From the NCBI GenBank assembly GCA_001661245.1, contig KV454013.1, forward strand, positions 838,502 to 902,501: DNA of 64,000 nucleotides. Direction: 5' to 3'. This DNA comes from Pachysolen tannophilus NRRL Y-2460. Taxonomy: Eukaryota. Positions 55,546 through 64,000 of the stretch are shown piece after piece; positions within the stretch are counted from its first letter, which is position 1; the number at the start of each line of letters is the position of its first letter. Made by a program: the position numbers and the translations under genes. The notes under the pieces were generated by a model. That model saw nothing but the letters and a program-made list of their open reading frames with translations. It searched no databases and was not told the origin of the DNA.

Positions 55546-56985
55546 ATGAACGGTACTTCATCATCATCATCAAAGACAAAAGTATCACGCAATCATATTC
55601 CTTCATCGGCGGAATTGTTTTCCGATAATGAAACAAGGTATCCAAAGGGCCGTGTAGAGAATTTAACTCTGGATCAAGAGTATGTCTTGAAGGAAGTTTG
55701 GGGTTATCTTTTGAAATTTTGGGGTTATGACGTGGTACTACCTCAAAAATATAAATCTTCTGATAATGGATCTCCAGTGATCCATAGAACTAATACTGTG
55801 AATTCAATTAAATCTAATTCTACTGCGCGTACGAGCTCAACGAGTTCTGGTTCTTCAAAGAAAAAATTTATGTCGAGATTTGGTGGAAATAAGAAGAAAA
55901 ATGGTCATCATAATGTTGATGAATTAACAAGACAAGTTTCACAATTATCTACAGAACCAGGTGTTAGTGTTAATACAGATATGCTGATTCATAATTCTTT
56001 TAAAAATATGAAGGGAGAACAAGTTAAACAAGATTTTTGGAAATTTTTAAGACATGATACACCAGATAATTTAGTATTACGTTTTGTTAGGGCAAGAAAA
56101 TGGAATGCTGATAAATCTTTAATGATGTTAGCCAATACTTTACATTGGAGAGTTCATGAAACTAAGGTGGATAAGATTTTTGAAGGTAATGAATTAGCCT
56201 TTATCGATAAAGATGGAGTGATGTTACAATTTGATAAGGGGAAAGCTTACATTAGAGGTTATGATTTAAAGGGGAAACCAATTGTTATTGTTAGACCAAG
56301 ATTTCATCATTCATCAGATCAAAATGAAGAAGATATGCAAACTTTCATATTATTGGTTATAGAGTATGCAAGACTTTTCTTGAATGAACCAGTAGATTCT
56401 GCATCTATTATATTTGATTTAACAGATTTTTCAATGGCAAATATGGATTATGCTCCTGTAAAATTTATGGTAAAATGTTTTGAAGCTCATTACCCAGAAT
56501 CTTTAGGAACATTGCTAATTCATAAAGCGCCTTGGGTATTTGGTGGTATATGGTCTATCATTAAAAATTGGTTAGATCCAGTTGTTGCTTCAAAAATTAA
56601 TTTTACTAAAAATTTAAAAGATTTACAAAAATTTGTCGATATAAAACATATTCCAAAAGAATTAGGTGGAAATGATACTTTTAATTATAAATATATTAAA
56701 CCATCGGAAAAAGATAAAAGATTGGCATCAGATCTGTGTAAGACAGAATTATTACAAGAAAGGGAAGAACTTATAGCCAAATTTATTGAAAGTACTATAT
56801 TATGGGTTGAAAGTACAGAAAAATCCGATAATGATCGTTACCGTAAGGAGAAAATACTTATTGGTAGACAATTATCTAATAATTATATTGCATTATGGCC
56901 GTATCTTGTAAATAAGACGATATACCATAGATTTGGGTACTTAGAATTACAAGAATTTGAAATCTTTTACGATTCAATAGATTGA
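55546..56985 (+). CDS. CSR1: Sec14-family phosphatidylinositol transfer protein
   Basis: PDNLVLRFVRARKW, NMDYAPVKF..CFEAHYPESLG, WLDPVVASKI. Confidence 0.9.
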   Translation: MNGTSSSSSKTKVSRNHIPSSAELFSDNETRYPKGRVENLTLDQEYVLKEVWGYLLKFWGYDVVLPQKYKSSDNGSPVIHRTNTVNSIKSNSTARTSSTSSGSSKKKFMSRFGGNKKKNGHHNVDELTRQVSQLSTEPGVSVNTDMLIHNSFKNMKGEQVKQDFWKFLRHDTPDNLVLRFVRARKWNADKSLMMLANTLHWRVHETKVDKIFEGNELAFIDKDGVMLQFDKGKAYIRGYDLKGKPIVIVRPRFHHSSDQNEEDMQTFILLVIEYARLFLNEPVDSASIIFDLTDFSMANMDYAPVKFMVKCFEAHYPESLGTLLIHKAPWVFGGIWSIIKNWLDPVVASKINFTKNLKDLQKFVDIKHIPKELGGNDTFNYKYIKPSEKDKRLASDLCKTELLQEREELIAKFIESTILWVESTEKSDNDRYRKEKILIGRQLSNNYIALWPYLVNKTIYHRFGYLELQEFEIFYDSID

Positions 56986-57132
56986 AAAAAAAAAAGCAAA
57001 TATTCTTTTCATTTCTTTTAAACATCTATTTTCTTTTATTATATTATATCTCTTTTTTTTTTTTTTTTTTTTTACTTATTGTGTTATAAAATTACTGAAA
57101 ATATAGTTTGCCTAGTTATATATAGATGTTAC

Positions 57133-58320
57133 TTATTCAGAATCAGTTCCAAAATTTGGTGTTCCACCAAGGGTTCCAAAATAGTCACCAATATAATTTG
57201 TTGGTTTGAAATAACCTGTTCCGTAATAAACATCCCAATTACTTATAACGTCTTGAACAAATGGCAATCCTGCTATGTATAAATTAGAAATAGCTACACT
57301 TGAACCTCCTTGATATGCATCAAAGAAGAAATATGTAGTTTCGTTATTCATTGAAGGTGGAGGCCTATCGAAATCCGAGATAGTTCTTAAAATTACTATT
57401 CTACCAAAATCCACTAGACCAAATTTAGCAGCTCTTAACATTGCTTCCAATGTAGCATTATCTTCTTGTTGAGTTGAACAATATGTTGCAGTGTAATTTG
57501 TTATAATTGATGTATAATTTGCAAAAGATTCACCCAAGATTGATCCAAACCAATAAACGTCACTTGTCAGGGTATCACATGCAACTACTGCAGGTGGATC
57601 ATTTGCAGGTGGTGCTCCATATAATTCTCTAAATGAGATGTTATCTTCTGACCCATTGGCTAAAGAAACTTGTTTTGCTAAATACATTGCTCTATTTCTT
57701 AAAACATCATTTATTTCAAATACTTCAGTACCATAAATTTCACTTGGATATTGATTTGGTTCATCATTTCCAAATGCAACATATCCAGAAGACCAATTTC
57801 CAGGAATTTGTCTAGAATCCGCCTCATACTCCAACCCAACTTGTACAGCAAATTTGGGGAAAGTTGCCGAACCTAAAGTAACTTGTAATGGAGATCCACC
57901 AGCTATTCCTGCCACTATAAAATAAGTTTCAGTTAAATCAAATAAGGGGGATAATGTCAATGCAGTTATTGTTGATGCAGCATTTATTTCAGCTTCTCCA
58001 GTGGTAACTTGGCATATTGAATAATTTGCAACACAATGAATCTCTGGGTATAAAGGTGAAAGACCTGGAATTGAAATATTATAAACCATGTTGAGACCTT
58101 CAATCCAAGGCTCTTGCTCATTTGAAAACATATTAATAACAAATGCTTTTGGTTTAAAGATTGCACCTGTTCTACCATATGCAACCTTAATTGCACCGTC
58201 TGTAGATGTTGCAACGATCGTAGACGTAGTAGATGAAACTTGATCACGCTTAAAATTGAGAGGGTGCCCACCAACTAAAACAGTTGCTAGACAAATAGCA
58301 AAAAGACTAATTGCTCTCAT
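57133..58320 (-). CDS. NUP family ('purine nucleoside permease') secreted protein
   Basis: Signal peptide; TTGEAEINAA; YFIVAGIAG; QQEDNATLE; RTISDFDRPP. Confidence 0.88.
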   Translation of the reverse strand: MRAISLFAICLATVLVGGHPLNFKRDQVSSTTSTIVATSTDGAIKVAYGRTGAIFKPKAFVINMFSNEQEPWIEGLNMVYNISIPGLSPLYPEIHCVANYSICQVTTGEAEINAASTITALTLSPLFDLTETYFIVAGIAGGSPLQVTLGSATFPKFAVQVGLEYEADSRQIPGNWSSGYVAFGNDEPNQYPSEIYGTEVFEINDVLRNRAMYLAKQVSLANGSEDNISFRELYGAPPANDPPAVVACDTLTSDVYWFGSILGESFANYTSIITNYTATYCSTQQEDNATLEAMLRAAKFGLVDFGRIVILRTISDFDRPPPSMNNETTYFFFDAYQGGSSVAISNLYIAGLPFVQDVISNWDVYYGTGYFKPTNYIGDYFGTLGGTPNFGTDSE

Positions 58321-58888
58321 TCTCAAAGAGGACTTCAACTTCAATTAGAATTATCCCCCAAGTTAAGAAATAAATCAATAAATATATCTATATTTATATA
58401 TATAATATATATAAATATATAGATATATAGATATAGATATAGATAATAGAAACAGAAGAAAAGAAGTTTAATTAGCAACACAACAAAGCTTCCAACTTGA
58501 AATTAATTGAGCCAAATCCTCGACTAAAAAGGTAAAAACTCTTCACTAGTAAAAACTTTGGTATTTCAGCTTGGTTCATTGATTAACTTCAACTTTTTGG
58601 AAATTATAAATTCTTGAGATAACAAATTACATGCAGAAAATTGCATGAGTCTTGCAGAAAGTGAACAAAAGTAAGCAGAAGTTGAAAAATCAACAACCTC
58701 CACCACCACACACCACACACCACACACATATGGATACAAGATACAATGAACATTGATTTCCATCTATTTAGTTCACACCATTGAAACTTGCAAGATCAAT
58801 TGAAATAAATAAATTCAAACAATTCAAAATCCAAAGCTCAAAGTATACCCAGATTTCAACTGTGTCTTTATTTTTGATTTTCGCTGCT

Positions 58889-58932
58889 GGGCGGCAGAGC
58901 TGTAGGGCGGCAGAACGGCAGCTCTGCCGCCC
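58889..58932. repeat. Perfect 14-bp GC-rich inverted repeat with a third internal motif copy
   Basis: GGGCGGCAGAGCTG (58889-58902) pairs with CAGCTCTGCCGCCC (58919-58932); GGGCGGCAGA recurs at 58905-58914. Confidence 0.9.
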
Positions 58933-59132
58933 GTTTTCCTCGAGAGCGCGGAAAAAATTGCTGCCAAAATTTGTGTGGGCAAATAAACTCAGCGGCGGCA
59001 GCAGCAGCAGTTGTGACGAAGGAGGACAAGTTATAGTTAGTTATAAAGATTACTTACTACTTGAAGACTGTTTGTTGTATGGGTATAGATAGATCTAGGG
59101 GTTTTAGTGATTTTGCTTTATTGGAATTTGTT

Positions 59133-60059
59133 ATGTCAATTTTTGGGTTTGGTAAATCTTATTTTGAAACTGAAGGGAAACTAGTTGTTATTTCTGGTGG
59201 TTCTCAAGGTGTTGGTGCTGAGTTTGCAAAAAAATTGATTTTAAAAGGAGCAGATGTTATTATTGTTGCAAGAACAGAAGAGAAATTGAAACGTAAAGTT
59301 GAAGAGATTTCTGGGCTTAAGACAAATAAAGATCAGATTATTGAATATAGATGTGGGGATATTTCAAAGTATGAGGATTGTGAAAGAATTTTCAACTCTA
59401 TTGATAGAATTCCAGATATTGTTGTATGTTGTGCTGGTTCTTCACATCCTGATTTATTTCTTAATTTAAAAGCTGAATTTTTGCAACAAGGTATTTCAAC
59501 CAATTATAATACCGCGTTATTTTTCAGTCATGTTGCTTCATGTAAGATGGCATCTGCAAAGGATAAAACTACCAAGAGACATATTGTATTTTTTTCATCT
59601 TCAGTAGCTTTTTTTTCATTTATTGGTTATGGACTGTATTCTCCATTAAAGGCTGCTGTTAAATCATTAGCAGATTGCCTTAGACAAGAATTATTACCTT
59701 ATAATATTAGTGTTGAATGTGTTTTCCCTGGAAATTTTGCAAGTGAAGGTTTTGCAGAAGAAGAAAAAACTAAACCTGAAATTACTAAATTAATTGAAGG
59801 TCCTTCAACACCAATAAGTTGTGAAAAATGTTGTGATATAATCCTACTGAACTTGGAAAAAGGATATCAATATGTTACTACAGATACTGCTGGATATATG
59901 TTAAGTTGTATTTCTTTGGGGAATTCGCCAAGGTGTTGGTGGTGGTTACAAGTTTTAATTGCTTTCGTGTTAAGTTTAATTGGTCCAATTATTGATTGGT
60001 ATATGAATTTACAAATCACTGACTACTTTACGAAAAATAATGATAAAAAGAAAGATTAG
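59133..60059 (+). CDS. TSC10: 3-ketodihydrosphingosine reductase (alternative ATG at 59079)
   Basis: SGGSQGVG, YSPLK (YxxxK), FPGNF.SEGF.EE.KTKPEITK.IEG. Confidence 0.9.
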   Translation: MSIFGFGKSYFETEGKLVVISGGSQGVGAEFAKKLILKGADVIIVARTEEKLKRKVEEISGLKTNKDQIIEYRCGDISKYEDCERIFNSIDRIPDIVVCCAGSSHPDLFLNLKAEFLQQGISTNYNTALFFSHVASCKMASAKDKTTKRHIVFFSSSVAFFSFIGYGLYSPLKAAVKSLADCLRQELLPYNISVECVFPGNFASEGFAEEEKTKPEITKLIEGPSTPISCEKCCDIILLNLEKGYQYVTTDTAGYMLSCISLGNSPRCWWWLQVLIAFVLSLIGPIIDWYMNLQITDYFTKNNDKKKD

Positions 60060-60127
60060 AACATAAATTACTAGATGCTATATACAATTGTGGAAAGTTT
60101 CTTTTTTTTTTTTTTTTTTCAATTTTT

Positions 60128-60781
60128 TCAGTTTTTTCTAGGTCTAGGAACCATAACAATTTGATCTTTCAATAAGCTTCTATTAAAACCATTACTATTC
60201 TCTTTCAATTGTGGTAAATTTTCCAAACTTTCTTCATTCAGATAAAATTCTTTCTTACAAATTTCAACAATATCTCTAAATTTTTGTTTCCCAGCTTCAT
60301 CTTTATGTTTTAACAATTTATCCAAATTTTTCTTTGTCAAATCATTTAATGGTTGTTTTTGTAATTCTAACCTGGCCATAGTCTTTGCCAAGAGCCAATA
60401 TTTAATTTCTCGATCTTCATTATCAACTAATTCCAAGATACATTGTGGTGCATTATCACCTATTCTAGATTCCAATTTTAAAATTCTTGTATAACCTCCA
60501 GCTCTTTCTAAATAACGTGGAGCCAATACATCAAACAATTTGGGTAACGTTATATTATGCTCAAAAAGATCAGATCCACATCTTATCCTAGCATCTTGTA
60601 ATAACTTTTCCTGACTTTGTGGTCCAACACTTTTCTTTGCTTTTGTAATCAAATTCTCCACTAATCCTTGAGTTAACTTTGCCTTTGCCTGTGTAGTTAT
60701 AATCGATTCATGTTTTATCAAAGAAGTGGCCAAGTTTCTCAATAAAGCACGCTCGTGTTTCACTGACCTTCCTAATCCCAT
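60128..60781 (-). CDS. MRPL8: Mitochondrial ribosomal protein bL17m
   Basis: ALLRNLATSLIKHESI.TT.AKAK, RAGGYTRILKL, GDNAP. Confidence 0.9.
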   Translation of the reverse strand: MGLGRSVKHERALLRNLATSLIKHESIITTQAKAKLTQGLVENLITKAKKSVGPQSQEKLLQDARIRCGSDLFEHNITLPKLFDVLAPRYLERAGGYTRILKLESRIGDNAPQCILELVDNEDREIKYWLLAKTMARLELQKQPLNDLTKKNLDKLLKHKDEAGKQKFRDIVEICKKEFYLNEESLENLPQLKENSNGFNRSLLKDQIVMVPRPRKN

Positions 60782-61051
60782 ATCCAACTATCTTTTTTTT
60801 TAAAATGACCTTATAAACAATCAATAATAATAAATTTCAAAAAAATATTAGTATTATTTGAAAAATTGGAAAATTTTGTATTTTATAAAAATTTTTATAA
60901 AAAGTGTCTCATAACCTCGAAACCTTCTTTCGTTTTGAACCGGAAACCAATAATAAAAATTAAGTAAAACATCAATCAATCAATAAAATAAACGAACTAA
61001 GGAGTTGATTATTTGATTGGATGGAATAAGATTGATATCTGAAGTTAAAAG

Positions 61052-61375
61052 ATGGGTCGTATTCAAGGATTTTTAGGAGGTGTTTTATTAACATCAACGC
61101 TTACGTATTTAACAGCTTTAGAAATAAATTCTAATAAAACTGCTGTTAGTAATGCTTTGAGAAATTCAGCAAAGATAATAGATGATAGAGATAAAGAGGT
61201 TTCTTTTAAAGAGAACGTTATTGAGATCAACTCTAGACCAAGCATTTTAGAAACTTCAAAGGATATTTGGAATAATGAAGTTATTAAGGCAACAAATTTT
61301 TTGTATTCGCTTAGTTGGTATGGATTTGGTCAAAGTATATCTAATGAAGTTAAAAAAATTGTTCGTAATGAATGA
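61052..61375 (+). CDS. MIC12: MICOS subunit Mic12
   Basis: MGRIQGFLGGVLLT, ETSKDIWNNEV. Confidence 0.8.
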   Translation: MGRIQGFLGGVLLTSTLTYLTALEINSNKTAVSNALRNSAKIIDDRDKEVSFKENVIEINSRPSILETSKDIWNNEVIKATNFLYSLSWYGFGQSISNEVKKIVRNE

Positions 61376-61472
61376 AAAGAATTAAAAAAAAAGAAAAGAT
61401 GAATTTTATGGATTTTATAATTAGTATATATAGAAAATATATATAAAAAGTATTTAATTTGATGTTTTGTTA

Positions 61473-61508
<36 letters not shown>

Positions 61509-61532
61509 AAAAGCTTCTTTTTTTGAATTAAA

Positions 61533-62858
61533 TCAATTCTCTTGTTTTTGTAAAGTTGACATTAAAATCTGGTTGGATCTAAATGATAAGCCTTTTGTCT
61601 TTTCAATAACTTGTTGGTATACACTGTTAACTTGATGATTCATGATAATAGTACCTTCACTTTCATTAATCTTTGCATCTAATTTTGTTTCTTTAATTAA
61701 ATTAGCAATCCATTTTTCTCCTTGTTCTTTTGATAAATTTAAAGATTCTGATAATTGTAATAAATCAATCTTTGAATGAACTCTACAATAAACTTCACTT
61801 ATTAAATATCTCGAATTTTCAAGACATTTTTCAGCAATATTATTTAAGAAAAAATCAGTCTTTACTAATACTTCAATTTTTTTCAAATTATTTTGTGCTT
61901 CAACAAAATCAAATTCTAAATATAATGATTTTAAAAACATAGTTAAAGGATCATTATATTCATATTGTTCTTGACTAACAACTTTAATCAAATCTTTTAA
62001 TCTTTTTTGGAAAACATTTGATTGATGATTTTTCAAAGAGGTGGAAATTACTGCAGCGACAAGGTATCTTAATATCCAAGGACATGCTGCTTGAATAGTA
62101 GATAAATATGATGATGAAAAAAATAAATCACACAACTGATCTAATCCGTTTAAAGTATTAAAAAATGGGAAAAGAGACCAATGTATAATCCAAGTTCTAT
62201 GGTGTAATTGTGTTAATGGATCACTAAATGATCTAGAATCTACTAAATCACGAAGTTTACCCAATTCTTGTAACGCATTATCCCAATCTAACCTTATGAT
62301 TTCAGAAGCCAATCTCCCCCATGTAGCACTAATATTTAAATCATTATTTGTTGATAAAACTTTAAAATTATTTAATAAATCACTAGCCATAACATAATCA
62401 CCACGATTATATTGAAATTGACCAAATTCATATAATTCATTAATCTTCTCCTCTGTAATTTGAAAATTCTTCTCCAAATACTCTTTATTATAATTCTTAT
62501 CTTGCTTTAAATTATCTTGAACTTCTCTTCTTGATAAAATATTTAAAGTGTTTTTAGTCTCTGAATCTAATCTTATCAATTCTGATGAAACAAATTTTTC
62601 CTTTTCTAAAAGCTCCGGTGGGAATTCCTTACCAGGGTTCAAAGTCTGATACTTGTCCTTAACAAACTTTACCATATTGGTCTCTTTTAAAAGATCATAT
62701 GAAAGTTGATTAATGATTTTTTCATCATAAATTAAATCCAAAGATTCAATCAATGGATAAATTAAATGCCTATCTAAAAATGGAATAATCTTGGAAGACA
62801 AATCATACTGTCTTGCCAACTCAAGCTCTTCCTGCGTCAACGGAGCCATCTCACTCAT
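61533..62858 (-). CDS. INT6: Translation initiation factor eIF3 subunit e (Int6)
   Basis: FLDRHLIYPL, WGRLASEI, HRTWIIHWSLF, CPWILRYL, VYQQVIEKTK. Confidence 0.93.
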   Translation of the reverse strand: MSEMAPLTQEELELARQYDLSSKIIPFLDRHLIYPLIESLDLIYDEKIINQLSYDLLKETNMVKFVKDKYQTLNPGKEFPPELLEKEKFVSSELIRLDSETKNTLNILSRREVQDNLKQDKNYNKEYLEKNFQITEEKINELYEFGQFQYNRGDYVMASDLLNNFKVLSTNNDLNISATWGRLASEIIRLDWDNALQELGKLRDLVDSRSFSDPLTQLHHRTWIIHWSLFPFFNTLNGLDQLCDLFFSSSYLSTIQAACPWILRYLVAAVISTSLKNHQSNVFQKRLKDLIKVVSQEQYEYNDPLTMFLKSLYLEFDFVEAQNNLKKIEVLVKTDFFLNNIAEKCLENSRYLISEVYCRVHSKIDLLQLSESLNLSKEQGEKWIANLIKETKLDAKINESEGTIIMNHQVNSVYQQVIEKTKGLSFRSNQILMSTLQKQEN

Positions 62859-63402
62859 TTTCAAATCACTTCCCTTCTATTAGATTCAGTTCAGTTCAGT
62901 TCCTTATTCAGGCCACGTAATCTCAAAAAGATAATAAATAACCAAACAATAACTAGTAAGAAAGTAAGTAAGTAAGTAGTAACCTTCAACTTTATATGGA
63001 ATACAAACTTTCTCACTTTTCTACATCTGTTGAAAGAAAAATTTTTTTAACTTGATCAGCAGCGCACGACCACTTTTTTTCTTCTTTTTTTCATTTTTTT
63101 TTTTCAAACAAAATAAACAAAAAACAAAATCTGCCAAACAAGTATCAGAACGTGTCAACAATGTAAAATCACCCAAATGAGAAACTTGTGTTTAGTATAC
63201 ACGACAACGGTGGTGTCGGCAACGATGATGATGGGCCCGAGTTAAGGTGAAAGCTGGCAAAAAAAAAACAAAACAAAGCATAAAAAGCAGTATAGTAATG
63301 ATGAAGATTAGTTTTTAACCGCCGTTGGCCAATTTCAATATAATTGTATGGTGATTGGATTTGATTATTGAGGTATGTGGAGCTAGAAGTCTAGGAGGAA
63401 AT

Positions 63403-64000
63403 ATGGGTAATTTTTTTGGTATTTCTTTTTTAATTTTAGCATTAGCGCTATTGCTTAATACACATTCTCTGTTTCAACCATTACAAACTTCGGTGGCATT
63501 TTCAATATTGGGTTATAATATAACTTGTTATGTGATACCGCGGGCTAAGGATGCTTTTATTAAAATTGGGCTTTATGGGAAGGATATGTCTAAGAAGGGC
63601 AAGCCTATAATCCCTGAAACTATTGGTATAATTCCTGCTATAACATATATTTTTTTAATGTTTTGTTTTATACCTTTTTTATTTTTAAAATTTTTAGTTA
63701 TTGATACAAGTGGTGGTGGTAATAGAGAAATAGGAATTTCACAAGATTATGATAAATTTAAGTTATTCCCACATAATAAATTGTCTTCATATTTGAGTGG
63801 GATGCTTTCATTGGAAAGTATGATCTTATTAGGATTAATTGATGATTTATTTGATATAAGATGGAGACATAAATTTTTTTTACCTGCAATTGCTTCAATT
63901 CCATTATTGATTGTTTATTATGTTGATTTTGGGGTTACTTCTATTCTTATACCAAATTTTATTAAAAATTATTTTGAATTACCATTTAATAATATCGATT
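63403..64000 (+). CDS. ALG7: UDP-GlcNAc:dolichol-P GlcNAc-1-P transferase, 3' end beyond the window
   Basis: Manual translation gives GLYGKDMSK..IPETIG, FPHNKLSSYLS, GLIDDLFDIRWRHKF. Not in the ORF track. Confidence 0.93.
   Translation, partial: MGNFFGISFLILALALLLNTHSLFQPLQTSVAFSILGYNITCYVIPRAKDAFIKIGLYGKDMSKKGKPIIPETIGIIPAITYIFLMFCFIPFLFLKFLVIDTSGGGNREIGISQDYDKFKLFPHNKLSSYLSGMLSLESMILLGLIDDLFDIRWRHKFFLPAIASIPLLIVYYVDFGVTSILIPNFIKNYFELPFNNID

Noticed and set aside
1..64000. Transposons, LTRs, CRISPR arrays or recombinase genes
   Set aside because: No transposase, RT or integrase ORF, no LTR pair and no repeat-spacer array seen, including around the tRNA.

Overview
AT-rich, gene-dense scaffold from a budding yeast (Saccharomycotina), with two N gaps. 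In-frame CTG codons often fall where homologues have Ala, which points to the CUG-Ala clade (Pachysolen/Nakazawaea-like). The window holds about 30 conserved protein genes: SYO1, UBC9, PEX19, FBP26, MDM34, RIX1, GAD1, VAM7, SKI8, NIF3, BOL2, FTR1, CTF3/CENP-I, LAS1, VPS35, RPS29, TSR1, REH1, VAC14, an oxidoreductase, MNN4-like, SFK1, a Pex11-family gene, MNN2-like, NAM2, CSR1, NUP, TSC10, MRPL8, MIC12, eIF3e and ALG7. It also holds a tRNA-Glu(TTC) and three snoRNAs outside the ORF track (snR190, U14/snR128, snR34). The most striking feature is an exact ~611-bp inversion (2685-3295). It swaps the 5' ends of the divergent UBC9 and PEX19 genes, and flipping it back restores both junctions in frame. 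From sequence alone I cannot tell a real rearrangement from an assembly artefact. Gene calls rest on motifs recognised from memory, not on database searches.
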